Shown here piece after piece: positions 30,647-40,456 of a stretch of DNA of 64,000 nt. The stretch is taken from positions 62,001 to 126,000 of the forward strand of contig JBBIQV010000001.1 of assembly GCA_037442105.1 (NCBI GenBank), in the 5' to 3' direction. A model generated the notes under the pieces. It worked only from the letters and a program-made list of their open reading frames with translations, was not told the DNA's origin and did not search any database. Each line of letters begins with the position of its first letter. The first letter of the stretch is position 1. The translations under genes and the position numbers were made by a program. The stretch is from Nitrospiraceae bacterium (GTDB taxonomy: Bacteria; Nitrospirota; Nitrospiria; Nitrospirales; Nitrospiraceae).

Positions 30647-31681
30647 ATGCGAGCGCTTGTTAAACTCGCCGCGCAACCGGGCCTGACCGAGACCGACTGG
30701 CCCGATCCTATTCCCGGCCCTTCCGACGTGGTCGTTCGCGTGAAGGCCACGTCACTCTGCGGCACCGACGCGCACATTTACAACTGGGACGAATGGGCGC
30801 ACAGCCGCGTGACGCCGCCACGGATCATCGGGCATGAACTGTGCGGCGAGGTGGTCGGGATCGGCTCCGAGGTCTCGCGGGCGAAGGTCGGCGACTACGT
30901 TGCCGCGGAGTCCCACATCACGTGCGGCCATTGTTTCCAATGCAGAACCGGACGAGCGCACGTCTGCAAAAGCTACCGGATTCTCGGCATCGATCGCGAT
31001 GGTTCCTGCGCCCAATACGTCGCGCTTCCTGAAAGCGTGCTCTGGAAGAGCTCGCCGGAGATTCCTCCGGAACTCGCCTGCGTGCAGGAACCGCTCGGCA
31101 ACGCTGTCGATGCCGCACTCGTGGAGGACCTGACCGCCCAGACGGTCCTGATTACCGGTTGCGGACCGGCGGGCCTCTTCGCGACAGCCGTGGCTCGCGT
31201 GGCCGGTGCCGCGACCATCATTGCATCCGACATCAGCGACTACCGGTTAGGACTTGCCAAACAGCTCGGCGCAGACCATATCGTGAATGCCAAGGCCGAC
31301 TCGTCCGAAGCGATCGCCGCCCTCATCCAGACCATCACGGAAGGGGAAGGCGTGGACGTCTCGCTGGAGATGTCCGGCGATCCCACAGCGCTGCATCAAG
31401 CCTTCCGCGCGGTAAAGAACGGCGGCCGCGTGACATTGTTCGGAATTCCCACCGAACAGGTCTGTTTCGATCTCACGAATGAGATTATCTTCAAAGGCAT
31501 CCGCGTGTACGGGGTGACGGGACGCCGGCTGTTTGGAACGTGGTATCGATTGGCCGGGCTCTTCAAGGCGGGCCTGAATATCCGGCCGGTCATCACCCAC
31601 ATGTTTCCGATGAGCGAGTTCGCCACGGGCTTCGAGCTCATCAAAACCGGCCAGTGCGGGAAAGTGGTGCTGTTCCCGTAG
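30647..31681 (+). CDS. tdh: L-threonine 3-dehydrogenase
   Basis: CGTDAHIYNWDEWA, GHE, EPLGNAV, LEMSG; adjacent to kbl; TGCTATAAT extended -10 at 30631. Confidence 0.93.
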   Translation: MRALVKLAAQPGLTETDWPDPIPGPSDVVVRVKATSLCGTDAHIYNWDEWAHSRVTPPRIIGHELCGEVVGIGSEVSRAKVGDYVAAESHITCGHCFQCRTGRAHVCKSYRILGIDRDGSCAQYVALPESVLWKSSPEIPPELACVQEPLGNAVDAALVEDLTAQTVLITGCGPAGLFATAVARVAGAATIIASDISDYRLGLAKQLGADHIVNAKADSSEAIAALIQTITEGEGVDVSLEMSGDPTALHQAFRAVKNGGRVTLFGIPTEQVCFDLTNEIIFKGIRVYGVTGRRLFGTWYRLAGLFKAGLNIRPVITHMFPMSEFATGFELIKTGQCGKVVLFP

Positions 31682-31757
31682 CGAGCGAGCAGCGAGCAGC
31701 CAGTCGCTCGGATAGATTCACTCCTGGCTATCTGCTATTCGCTATTAGCGACTCGCT
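31678..31757. repeat. Heptad-repeat inverted-arm element (TAGC/GCTA type), empty
   Basis: tagcga-gcgagca-gcgagca-gccagtc ... gctatct-gctattc-gctatta-gcgactc; begins at tdh stop. Confidence 0.75.
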
Positions 31758-31765
31758 GGATTCAT

Positions 31766-32965
31766 ATGGCCTACGAAACCTTCAAAAAAGCGGTTGAGCA
31801 ACAACTCGCCGACATCCGCGCTGCTGGACTCTATAAAACGGAACGGCAATTGCTCGGCCCGCAGGGAGCCGAGATCCGCGTCACGCAAGGCGAGGTGCTT
31901 AACCTCTGCGCCAACAACTATCTCGGATTGGCGAACCATCCTGCTATTCGGAAGGCCGCTTTGGAGGGCCTTGACCGCCACGGCTACGGCATGGCTTCAG
32001 TCCGGTTCATCTGCGGCACCCAGGATCTGCACCAACAGCTCGAACAGGCTATCAGCCGATTCCTCGGGACCGAGGACACCATTCTCTACAGTTCTTGCTT
32101 CGACGCGAACGGAGGGCTCTTCGAAACCCTGCTCGATGAACGGGACGCCGTCATCAGCGACGCGCTGAATCACGCCAGCTTGATCGACGGCATTCGACTC
32201 TGCAAGGCGCAACGCTTCCGCTACGCCCACTCAGACATGGACGAACTGGAAACCCGACTCAAGGAGGCGGCCTCGTGCCGCCTCCGGCTGATCGCTACCG
32301 ATGGCGTGTTTTCGATGGACGGAGATCTCGCCAAGCTGGATCGGATCGTGAAATTGGCCGACCGCTATGACGCGGCCGTCGTCGTGGACGACAGCCATGC
32401 AACCGGCGTGTTGGGCGCCGGCGGGCGCGGCACGCCTGACCACTATGGCGTGGCCGACCGGATCGACATCATCACCAGTACGTTGGGCAAGGCGCTCGGC
32501 GGCGCAACGGGGGGCTTTACGTCCGGACGTAAGGAGATCGTCGAGTTGCTGCGGCAGCGATCCCGCCCCTATCTGTTTTCGAATGCGCTTCCCCCGGTGA
32601 TCACAGCCGCTTCACTTCAAGCTTTGAAGCTCGTGGAGCAGGGCGAGATGTTGCGGGCCGCCCTCCGTGAGAATGCCGTCTTTTTTCGAACGCGCCTGGC
32701 CTCGCTTGGCTTCACACTCGTCTCCGGCACACATCCGATCATTCCGGTCATGCTGGGGGAGGCAACGTTGGCAACCCGCATGGCGGACCGCCTACTTCAG
32801 GAAGGCGTCTACGTGATCGGGTTCAGCTACCCTGTTGTGCCGAAAGGCCAGGCGCGCATTCGCGTCCAGATGTCAGCGGTCCACACGCGTACCCAACTGG
32901 AACGTGCCGTCGCAGCCTTCGCCAAAGTCGGCCGGGCACTGGGCGTGATTCCGCACGGGGGATAA
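31766..32965 (+). CDS. kbl: Glycine C-acetyltransferase (2-amino-3-ketobutyrate CoA ligase)
   Basis: [36 protein letters not shown]. Confidence 0.95.
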   Translation: MAYETFKKAVEQQLADIRAAGLYKTERQLLGPQGAEIRVTQGEVLNLCANNYLGLANHPAIRKAALEGLDRHGYGMASVRFICGTQDLHQQLEQAISRFLGTEDTILYSSCFDANGGLFETLLDERDAVISDALNHASLIDGIRLCKAQRFRYAHSDMDELETRLKEAASCRLRLIATDGVFSMDGDLAKLDRIVKLADRYDAAVVVDDSHATGVLGAGGRGTPDHYGVADRIDIITSTLGKALGGATGGFTSGRKEIVELLRQRSRPYLFSNALPPVITAASLQALKLVEQGEMLRAALRENAVFFRTRLASLGFTLVSGTHPIIPVMLGEATLATRMADRLLQEGVYVIGFSYPVVPKGQARIRVQMSAVHTRTQLERAVAAFAKVGRALGVIPHGG

Positions 32966-32969
32966 AGGC

Positions 32970-33036
32970 CGTCATGCGTGATGCGCGGCAAATACATTTC
33001 TCTGGCTCCTCACGCATCACCCATCACGCTTCACGG
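32970..33036. repeat. Heptad-repeat inverted-arm element (CGTGANN), empty
   Basis: cgtcatg-cgtgatg ... ctcacgc-atcaccc-atcacgc-ttcacgg, between convergent kbl and vacJ. Confidence 0.65.
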
Positions 33037-33038
33037 GT

Positions 33039-34013
33039 TTACTCGCGGATCGCCCGTGCCCGCTTCTGGAGATACGCATTGCGAACGGCGGTGTAAAGGT
33101 CAAGCGTCGCTTCCTCCACACCTTGGAACTTCTCTAGATTGAGCGAACGATCGTTCACAATCTCGCCCACGCGAGTCCCCAACTGTCCAAAGGTGAATGT
33201 GTTTCGGTTCTTATGAGCGATCAGTGACGGAACGCCCTCAATTTCGATGATCGGGAACACGAACCAGTTGATCGGGTCGAGCGCGATGTCGCCGATGAAT
33301 CCAACCGCGTCGCGCAAGTTCAGGGGTGGCAGCAGCGGCAACACTACGTAGGGCCCCGGCTTCAGCCCATAGACACCCAAGGTCTGGCCGGTATCCTCAT
33401 CCGGCGTCTGTAGATTCCATCCCTCTTTCGCCACGTCATAGATCCCCGCCACGCCGAACGTGCTGTTGATCAGAAACCGCCCCATTTCGATGCCGGCCCC
33501 TTTGAACTTGCCTTGGAAAAGGTTGTTCATGAAGCGAGGCACGAAACGAACATTGCGGATGAAATTGCTGACGCTCACCTGGACGGCATCGGGCAAGACA
33601 AAGTTATAAGCCTGGGCCACCGGCTTCAGCACAAAGCGGTCCACCTTCCGGTTGAACTCAAACATAACGCTGTTGAACGGCTCCCACGGATCGTACTCCT
33701 CACCCGCCTCTCCTTCGCCCGGCTTGGCGAAAGGATCGTAATACTCATCCGGCACGGGGTCTTTCTGGGTTGACGGGTGGGCAACGAGCCCATCGGAATC
33801 AGCCACAGCACTGGCGGCATATAGTGGTTGTACATGAGTCGGTTCCGCCGACAGGGGCATCCTCTGCGGAGCAGACGCAGTGGAACAGCCGGTCGATCCG
33901 GCAAGCGCCACGACGGCAACGGCGAACACCAGCCTCTTCGCGAATCTGCCCTGTCTCCGCTCTAACGACACGCACCCCTCCTGTGTGGTCAACGTTGCGC
34001 GGTCCCGACTCAT
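33039..34013 (-). CDS. mlaA: VacJ/MlaA lipoprotein
   Basis: DPWEPFN, RFLINSTFG, EDTGQTLG, GPYVVLP, YTAVRNAYLQ. Confidence 0.9.
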   Translation of the reverse strand: MSRDRATLTTQEGCVSLERRQGRFAKRLVFAVAVVALAGSTGCSTASAPQRMPLSAEPTHVQPLYAASAVADSDGLVAHPSTQKDPVPDEYYDPFAKPGEGEAGEEYDPWEPFNSVMFEFNRKVDRFVLKPVAQAYNFVLPDAVQVSVSNFIRNVRFVPRFMNNLFQGKFKGAGIEMGRFLINSTFGVAGIYDVAKEGWNLQTPDEDTGQTLGVYGLKPGPYVVLPLLPPLNLRDAVGFIGDIALDPINWFVFPIIEIEGVPSLIAHKNRNTFTFGQLGTRVGEIVNDRSLNLEKFQGVEEATLDLYTAVRNAYLQKRARAIRE

Positions 34014-34077
34014 GGTTGTCGACGCAAAAGCCGCCGCACTTTACCAAATGTCCCGCCGAGCCACAAATATTTCCCGC

Positions 34078-34137
34078 TAGCGCACAGCCAATAGCCAGCA
34101 GCGAGTGGCTCGGAGCTATTCGCTATTAGCTATTCGC
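34078..34137. repeat. Heptad-repeat inverted-arm element (TAGC/GCTA type), empty
   Basis: tagcgca-cagccaa-tagccag-cagcgag ... gctattc-gctatta-gctattc; contains hydrolase stop codon. Confidence 0.78.
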
Positions 34138-34902
34138 TCCTTGGCGGCGGACAGCAGCCGCAATGAACTCGACCAGCTTTGCAAAGTACGCGCGCCCGCC
34201 CACGAAGGGGAGATTGTTATGGTCGGCGCCCCGGACCACATAGAACGACTTGGGTGGGAGCGCCGCTTCGAAGACCTGCTTGCCCAATTCGAGCGGGACG
34301 ATGTCGTCCTGATCGCCATGGACGAACAGTTTCGGAAGCGAGAGCTGGGGCAGACGATCAATCAACCGGTATTCCGCTCCAAGAAGCAAGTGTACGGGCA
34401 GACCGCCATAGTGGAACTTGGCCACGGACTCAATCGACGGGAAGCACGATTCCGGGATGAGCCCGGACGCTGGCTCCTGCGTGGCTACTTCACCCGCGAC
34501 CGCCGCGCCCAGCGAGCGCCCGAAGAGAATCAGGCGCTCGGGCCTGATGTGGCGGGTGCGCGTGAGATAGGCATAGGCGCCGAGAGCATCCTCGTACAGG
34601 CCCTGCTCGGACGGCCGTCCCTGGCTCCGGCCATAGCCACGGTAGTCAAACAGGAAGACCGACAATCCGTTCCGGTAGAGCTCACGAAGATTCTCCAGCC
34701 GGTTGATGATATTCCCGGCGTTGCCGTGGCACCAGAGCAACACCGCCGAGGTGGCCGACGCTTCCACGTACCAGCCGAAGAGCTTCGTCCCGCCGGCAGA
34801 TTGAAACCAAACATCCTCCAGCGGCAGGCCGCTAATCCTGGCCCAGTCCCGATCCTGCCAGGAAGCCGGATGATAGACGAAGAATTGGTCGAGAAGACTC
34901 AC
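34126..34902 (-). CDS. Alpha/beta hydrolase (ABHD-like)
   Basis: HGNAGN, DYRGYG, GRSLG, HGDQD, ADHN. Confidence 0.9.
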   Translation of the reverse strand: MSLLDQFFVYHPASWQDRDWARISGLPLEDVWFQSAGGTKLFGWYVEASATSAVLLWCHGNAGNIINRLENLRELYRNGLSVFLFDYRGYGRSQGRPSEQGLYEDALGAYAYLTRTRHIRPERLILFGRSLGAAVAGEVATQEPASGLIPESCFPSIESVAKFHYGGLPVHLLLGAEYRLIDRLPQLSLPKLFVHGDQDDIVPLELGKQVFEAALPPKSFYVVRGADHNNLPFVGGRAYFAKLVEFIAAAVRRQGANS

Positions 34903-34914
34903 CTGCAACCTACA

Positions 34915-35041
34915 GTGAATGGCGAGTAGCGAACAGCGAGTAGCAGCCACCCCCACCCTTCCCTCCCCCTTGTAAAGGGGGAGGGATTGAGGGAGGGGGC
35001 CTGTCCGTGGGCTGTTGGCTATTTGCTATCGGCTACTCGCT
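34915..35041. repeat. Heptad-repeat element with a REP-like palindrome in its loop
   Basis: gcgagta-gcgaaca-gcgagta ... gctgttg-gctattt-gctatcg-gctactc; loop holds ccctcccccttgtaaagggggaggg. Confidence 0.75.
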
Positions 35042-35043
35042 CT

Positions 35044-37068
35044 CTAGAAGAACGCCTGGACCGTGAACGACACATCGTTGTCATGGTCCCGATGGTTATA
35101 TTCGAACCTAAGCGCCCAGTTCTGAGCAAGTGTGTAGCGTTGGCCGACGGTCCAGCGAAAATCGTCCGACTTCTCGCCGAGCGCATAGCGCAGGTAGCTG
35201 CCCGTCACCATCAGCTTCCACCGATCTGCGAGATCGGCGAGCATGCCCACCGTCCCGCCTCCGCCGACACGGTGGCGCTCCTCGTAGGCGCGACTATAGT
35301 TCGATTCCGCCTCCGCAAAGGCAAAGTACACCTCGCGTTTCAGCCACTGCGATTCGATCGCGGCGCCAACCCCGCCGCTGAGAACTCCGTTGCTGCAAAG
35401 TTGACAGCCGCCGTGTCGAATGGTCTGCATGCCGGCGTTGATCTTCCACGATGGTGAATGGAACAGCGAATCCATCGGCGAGAGCGACAGCACATTGGCC
35501 AGCGTCGCCCGCTCGATCCTCGTGTGATCGGCCCGGTTGTAACGGCGAAGACCGACCGATCCGATCTCGATCTGCGCATCCGGCGTGTAGCCGATCTCCG
35601 GGTCGAGCAGATCGTGATACCCGGCGCGAACGGTGAGTTCCTCAAACGTGTCGTTGTTCCGCCAGCCGCCGCCGAGACTGACCCGCGATGTCTTGTGCCC
35701 CATATCGGGGTTCTTGGCAAACGGCGCGATCCGGATTTCTTCAGACGGAATCCTCAGTTCGCTCCTCGCGGTCAATAGGATTCGATTCTTTTCCTTGTAA
35801 GTGGTTGCACGGGATCGATCCGTCTCACTCTTGTAACGCAGGTAATCCGACGCAAGATCGAGGAGAAATGCCAGGCGGTCAATGGGCAGAGCTTTGAATT
35901 GAGGAGACGTGATCAGTGAGACATCTTCCGTCATCGCCGTTGAGAGCCGGCGCTCTTCCGGCGAGAGACGCTCCCCTTTTCGCAGGATGACCGTCCGGCG
36001 CGAGGGTCGAAACACGACTTGTTGCACAAGCCCCGGCTGGGCTGCAATCAGTCGCACCGTGTCGGCGGGCACGGTCCACGCAAAAAACCGGTCTGTCAGA
36101 TGAAGGTTCGGGTCCGCATACTCGAGCAACGAGAGCAGGTGATAGGAACAGTTCTCCTTAAAGAAGAAGTAGTCGAAGTACGCGTTGCCGAGTTCCCACG
36201 CATGTTCGAGCAGTCGGCGGACCTGGGCTTCCGTAAAATTGAGGCGATACTCCCAGATATCACGGTTCTCGATATCCCGGTACTCCTGTACCTTCAGATA
36301 ATAGGGCGGCGTCATGAAGTAGCCTTTGAAGCCTCCGAACATGCCTTTGATGGGATAGAAAGCCCCCTCGCCCGGCGGCACGTCCGCCGCATAGTTAATG
36401 GTGTAGGCAAGCAGGCGCGTCTGTTCGGTTTGTCCCTTCTGATCCACCCGAAGGAAGGTGTGCCCGAACATGGAGGCGGGGTTATTGAGGAATGCCGAGG
36501 CAAAGATAAGCGTGATCGACTGGGGGTTGAATTCGGTGAACCAGTTCTCGAATCGTTCGCAGCGACGAGTCGGGAGGCGCGCCTCGTCAAAGGCGAGCCT
36601 CTCCTTCAACCAGTGATAGCGGGCGATAAATGCACATTGGGCCGGCTGCTTTGAGCGGCCAACAAGTTCTTCGGAAAAGAACTGTCTCAGCGTGGCTTCA
36701 AGTTCTGCTTGGGGATCAGTCTTGCCGGTTGGAGCAAGGAAGAAGCCAGGGTCATCTTGCTCGCTGGTGACACCCTCGAAGAGATTCGGTCGATAGTGCA
36801 GGAGGAGATGCCACTCGCGTTCGTCCGCAAGCTTCTGTTCCGTTGCTCGCCGTATCAACTCTACGAAATAGGCGCGGTCATCTACCTCGCCTGCGGACGT
36901 TGGTGAACAATAGAGAACAACAACGACCATCAAGGCAAGAACCATTGAAAAGAGCACAATGAAGCAAGCACGACAAGTTACGGTGAACCAACGAGGAGGC
37001 CCGAACGAATGGTCACCCTGCAAAAGGGCAAGCTTGGCGAACTGGTTCGATGACAAGAAGATGGTCAA
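35044..37068 (-). CDS. DUF4105 domain protein (start uncertain)
   Basis: WHLLLHY, NNPASMFGHTFL, ENRDIWEY, YFFFKENCSY; beta-strand-rich C-terminus ending in F. Confidence 0.85.
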   Translation of the reverse strand: MTIFLSSNQFAKLALLQGDHSFGPPRWFTVTCRACFIVLFSMVLALMVVVVLYCSPTSAGEVDDRAYFVELIRRATEQKLADEREWHLLLHYRPNLFEGVTSEQDDPGFFLAPTGKTDPQAELEATLRQFFSEELVGRSKQPAQCAFIARYHWLKERLAFDEARLPTRRCERFENWFTEFNPQSITLIFASAFLNNPASMFGHTFLRVDQKGQTEQTRLLAYTINYAADVPPGEGAFYPIKGMFGGFKGYFMTPPYYLKVQEYRDIENRDIWEYRLNFTEAQVRRLLEHAWELGNAYFDYFFFKENCSYHLLSLLEYADPNLHLTDRFFAWTVPADTVRLIAAQPGLVQQVVFRPSRRTVILRKGERLSPEERRLSTAMTEDVSLITSPQFKALPIDRLAFLLDLASDYLRYKSETDRSRATTYKEKNRILLTARSELRIPSEEIRIAPFAKNPDMGHKTSRVSLGGGWRNNDTFEELTVRAGYHDLLDPEIGYTPDAQIEIGSVGLRRYNRADHTRIERATLANVLSLSPMDSLFHSPSWKINAGMQTIRHGGCQLCSNGVLSGGVGAAIESQWLKREVYFAFAEAESNYSRAYEERHRVGGGGTVGMLADLADRWKLMVTGSYLRYALGEKSDDFRWTVGQRYTLAQNWALRFEYNHRDHDNDVSFTVQAFF

Positions 37069-37077
37069 AGTACCGGA

Positions 37078-37500
37078 TTAGTGGGGCCGATGGCGGCGCC
37101 GCTGTGCGCTTGCGGCCTCCATCAGACGGCGATCGTGCGACAGAAAGTGGACATCGCCGCGATCGAGGAGCTCAGCGAAAGAAGCGAGGTGAATGGAATC
37201 CATGCCACGAAGCCTGAACCGTGTTGCCAAGGCACCGGCTCGTACGGCGACCGGAAGAGAACAAAACACCACGAGCAAGCGAAACCAGGACTCGCGAAAC
37301 TCTTCGATGATCGCTTCGAAGTCTCTCTTGCCGATGGCGCCTTCTCTGTGCCGGCGAGTAATTGCAGCATGCGCCTCAGGGTAGGCGATAATGGACGTGG
37401 CTACATGATCCGCCGCGTCGGCACGAGATTTGACCTCCTGTGTGCCCTCTTCCTCCACATATAACTTGAGAAGACTGGACGTATCCAAATAAAGAATCAT
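37078..37500 (-). CDS. VapC PIN-domain toxin
   Basis: YLDTSSLLKLY, LRGMDSIHLAS, SHDRRL. Confidence 0.88.
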   Translation of the reverse strand: MILYLDTSSLLKLYVEEEGTQEVKSRADAADHVATSIIAYPEAHAAITRRHREGAIGKRDFEAIIEEFRESWFRLLVVFCSLPVAVRAGALATRFRLRGMDSIHLASFAELLDRGDVHFLSHDRRLMEAASAQRRRHRPH

Positions 37501-37766
37501 CCCCGATCCTCAAGGACGGCATCCGCGAGATGAGCAGGGCCCTTGCGAAGTTTACGAGGATGAAAGCAAGGCTTCCCACCCTCCCACATGGCAATGCCCT
37601 CATCGACGAGAGAGCGTGCAAGGCGTTCTGATTCCGTCAGGGATGCGCCGGACAGGTTGGCGACTGCCCGGCGACGATCAAGGATTCGTATCGTTTCCCC
37701 AGCTTTGGCCAAACGAACATACTCGCTCAGTTTTGCCTTCAAGGTCGCGATATTGACCGTCTTCAT
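37497..37766 (-). CDS. Phd/YefM antitoxin
   Basis: LKAKLSEYV...GETIRI; overlaps toxin start. Confidence 0.88.
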   Translation of the reverse strand: MKTVNIATLKAKLSEYVRLAKAGETIRILDRRRAVANLSGASLTESERLARSLVDEGIAMWEGGKPCFHPRKLRKGPAHLADAVLEDRG

Positions 37767-37779
37767 GGACCCTCCAAAT

Positions 37780-37821
37780 CTAGTCACGACTGCTTATCGC
37801 AGATGACTAGCTTGCTGTCAA
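37780..37821 (-). promoter_or_regulatory. TA promoter with operator-like inverted repeat
   Basis: Minus strand TTGACA-17 bp-GATAAG; CTAGTCA...TGACTAG inverted repeat. Confidence 0.55.
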
Positions 37822-37912
37822 GGTCCGGAAGCAGGCGACGACTTGAATGACACCGTGGAAGCGCCGTCGTGGCGGCTTTGCCATTGTCGGAAAGGGATAA
37901 GCGGAACACGCT

Positions 37913-37940
37913 GGGGCTCCGGCCTTGTTGCCGGAGCCCC
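37913..37940 (-). terminator. GC-rich hairpin after DUF3015 gene
   Basis: ggggctccggc-cttgtt-gccggagcccc; no clear U tract. Confidence 0.5.
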
Positions 37941-37950
37941 AATATGACCA

Positions 37951-38472
37951 TTACCGAGTGGAGACCTTGGCCAGCACCGGATGCGCGGCGATCGCGTCGT
38001 TGATCGCTTTCACCAGTGCAATCGGGGACGCTTCGCCCGCCTTGACCAAGGAGGTGTACCGCTCTTGGGTCATCGCGAAGAACTCCGCCTGATGCTCCGC
38101 CGGCACTCCCATGAGGGTTGCCAGCGAGGCCAGGTGCTCGCCTTGCCCCTGTGCCATTTCCTGGGACAGGTTTTCGAAATTCAGCTCGGCGAACATGTTA
38201 ACCTTCTGCTCCGCCCAGACCTTTCCGTTGTTCTTGCAGCCGAAGATCCCGGTGGTGATCCCGAATGCCTGCCATGGAAGGATGGTATTGTTGGTCGTAG
38301 AAATCAGAAGTTGGGCGCCAACTGTGTTGGTGTCCACTTTCGCATCCTGCCATGCAACTTTTCCCAACCCGCAACCCGGCCCGGTATCAGCAATTCCGCC
38401 AGCCAGGGCGAATCCGCTCTGAACGGCGAACCATGCTGCAACAACTTGAATGATGAGTAGCCTTCTGCGCAT
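37951..38472 (-). CDS. DUF3015 family exported protein
   Basis: GPGCGLG, QAFGITTG..GC, MAQGQGEHLASLA. Confidence 0.88.
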   Translation of the reverse strand: MRRRLLIIQVVAAWFAVQSGFALAGGIADTGPGCGLGKVAWQDAKVDTNTVGAQLLISTTNNTILPWQAFGITTGIFGCKNNGKVWAEQKVNMFAELNFENLSQEMAQGQGEHLASLATLMGVPAEHQAEFFAMTQERYTSLVKAGEASPIALVKAINDAIAAHPVLAKVSTR

Positions 38473-38580
38473 TGCCAATCCCCCTTATTATTGAGTTGGA
38501 TGTGATGGGAACAACTTATTCTGATTACCAGAAACTGGAAATACATGGCCAGTGTAAACGCTCAATGTTCATGCCGTATG

Positions 38581-39093
38581 TCAGCGCCCAACGTTCAGTT
38601 TCGCGAGTACCGGATGCCTCCCCATCGCCTCGTACAGGGCTGCCACCACTGCCGCGGCCGAGGGTTCCCCTTCTCGAATCGGCGAGCCATAGTGCTCCTG
38701 GGCCATCGCGAAAAATTCCTGGTGTTGCTCGTCTGGAACTCCCATCAAAGTGGCCAGCGAGGCCAGGTGCTCGCCTTGTCCCTGTGCCATGTCCTGCGCC
38801 AAATTTTCAAAATTAAGCTCTGCAAACAGGGTGACCTTGTACTCGGACATAAAGACGCCGTCATTCGAGCAACCGGACGTGCCGAAGCTGATGGCGAACG
38901 TCTGGAACCCTGTGACATTCGTGGTCGCCATCATGACTTGAGGCAGGATGTTTTTTTGGTTCTTGAAATTTTTCCAAAGCTCTTTGCCCAGGCCACAGCC
39001 GGGGCCTGTGTCAGGATTAGGTATGGCGAGCACGACACTCGCCGGCGAACAGACCGCAGACATAACGAACAACAGGGCAACCACCTTCCTCAT
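38581..39093 (-). CDS. DUF3015 family exported protein (tandem paralog)
   Basis: GPGCGLG, QTFAISFGTSGC, MAQGQGEHLASLA. Confidence 0.88.
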   Translation of the reverse strand: MRKVVALLFVMSAVCSPASVVLAIPNPDTGPGCGLGKELWKNFKNQKNILPQVMMATTNVTGFQTFAISFGTSGCSNDGVFMSEYKVTLFAELNFENLAQDMAQGQGEHLASLATLMGVPDEQHQEFFAMAQEHYGSPIREGEPSAAAVVAALYEAMGRHPVLAKLNVGR

Positions 39094-39506
39094 CAGGACA
39101 GACCCCCTTGTGATGTTTCAATCTTCAGAGAAGCACGGGCGGAGTATAACACAGCCGATTGCGACAGCTTGGACCATCCCAAAAAGCCCCCCTTATTCTT
39201 TGTCCGTCGTGCTCTTGTGTATATGAAATGGGGATAGCCCGGTAAATGAATCACTCCCCGATGAGGATCAGGTCCTGTCCGACCCCCTCTCGGCTGGGGG
39301 TTGCACTCCTTCCTTTCAGCTCTCCCACCAGGCTCAACGCGACCCAGAAGAAGTGGCGGTCATTGAACCGGCGAAGCGCATCACAAAGCGATGAAGTCGC
39401 GAGAGGTGAACGCATGCAATGTGTGATTGCAAGACCTGACCCTTATTCCTCGGGGGGGGCTGCCAGATGACAATGTCCAGATCTTATATCTCTGTGCTGG
39501 GCACAC

Positions 39507-39543
39507 AAAGAAAAGGGCCGCGGTGTTCGTACCGCAGCCCTTT
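39507..39543 (-). terminator. Rho-independent terminator
   Basis: Minus strand aaagggctgcggtacgaacaccgcggccc followed by ttttcttt. Confidence 0.7.
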
Positions 39544-39603
39544 GTGAATTCCACCTGGCAGCCTCAAGACGCCAGTCTGACCAACCGTATGTACAATCGC
39601 TAC

Positions 39604-39969
39604 CTAACGCCTATACGAAGCGGTCTGAGAAACCGTGCCCGCAATTTCCATGCATTGCTGCCCCCAAATGTACGGGATCGCCCAACCTTTAGCAGTCAGT
39701 ACGATGTCAACCATCACATCCCCTTTGCCTCGTTCTAGCGCCTGGTCCATTGCATTTTTCCAATTCACATCGCCCAGAGGGATCATGCCAAAAAGCATAC
39801 CTACGCAGTCCTCCCCCGAATACCGGTCGCCCGGCTTCACTCCCGAGACATCTACATTCTTCGTGCTTATCACGGTAAAATCGCCTAGCCGAGTCGTGCA
39901 GGCCGTCACCAGAAACATGCTTGCGCACAGCATGACAGCCAGTAGTGTACGGTTCACTGAGATTCCCAT
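39604..39969 (-). CDS. TRL-like small lipoprotein
   Basis: Lipobox VTAC, GDFTVISTKN, GEDC, C-terminal CMEIAG. Confidence 0.72.
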   Translation of the reverse strand: MGISVNRTLLAVMLCASMFLVTACTTRLGDFTVISTKNVDVSGVKPGDRYSGEDCVGMLFGMIPLGDVNWKNAMDQALERGKGDVMVDIVLTAKGWAIPYIWGQQCMEIAGTVSQTASYRR

Positions 39970-40040
39970 TGGGTCCCCCCTTGTTTTTAAGGCAAGCTCC
40001 TCATAGTTGAACTGGACAGATGGTTTATAGAAGCCTAAAG

Positions 40041-40406
40041 TTATTTTTTCCCCAATTCTGCTCTAGCCACCTTCCCCTCTACCTTGAAGCAGTGCTGATT
40101 GAAAATACCTGTGACGATACGACTTTCCCACATCACAGCATCTGCGACCACATCACCCTTGGCTCTTTCTAAAGCCTTGTCCACCGCTGTCTTAAAATAA
40201 GGCATCATAGGACCAGAGATCGGGATCATTCCCAAAAGATTGCTGGAACAATCTTCGCCTTCAACGTGATCTCCCTTTTGAGAAAGCTGGCTGATGTTTT
40301 TTGAACTCCCTACGGTGAAATCACCGACCCTCACCGCACACCCACCCAGCAAGCACCCCATAAGCAAAACCACAAAAGTGCGTCTCACACCGATACCTGG
40401 AAGCAT
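40041..40406 (-). CDS. TRL-like small lipoprotein (paralog)
   Basis: Lipobox LGGC, GDFTVGSSKN, GEDC, CFKVEG. Confidence 0.72.
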   Translation of the reverse strand: MLPGIGVRRTFVVLLMGCLLGGCAVRVGDFTVGSSKNISQLSQKGDHVEGEDCSSNLLGMIPISGPMMPYFKTAVDKALERAKGDVVADAVMWESRIVTGIFNQHCFKVEGKVARAELGKK

Positions 40407-40456
40407 ATTCCCTCCTCTACATTTATAAAAATGGTGAGTGAATCTGACCTACTGCG

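Noticed and set aside
27064..35041. CRISPR array
   Set aside because: Repeats are 7-nt tandem units without spacers; no cas genes.
39230..39420. Possible ncRNA with several hairpins
   Set aside because: No recognisable family motif; cannot be supported without covariance search.
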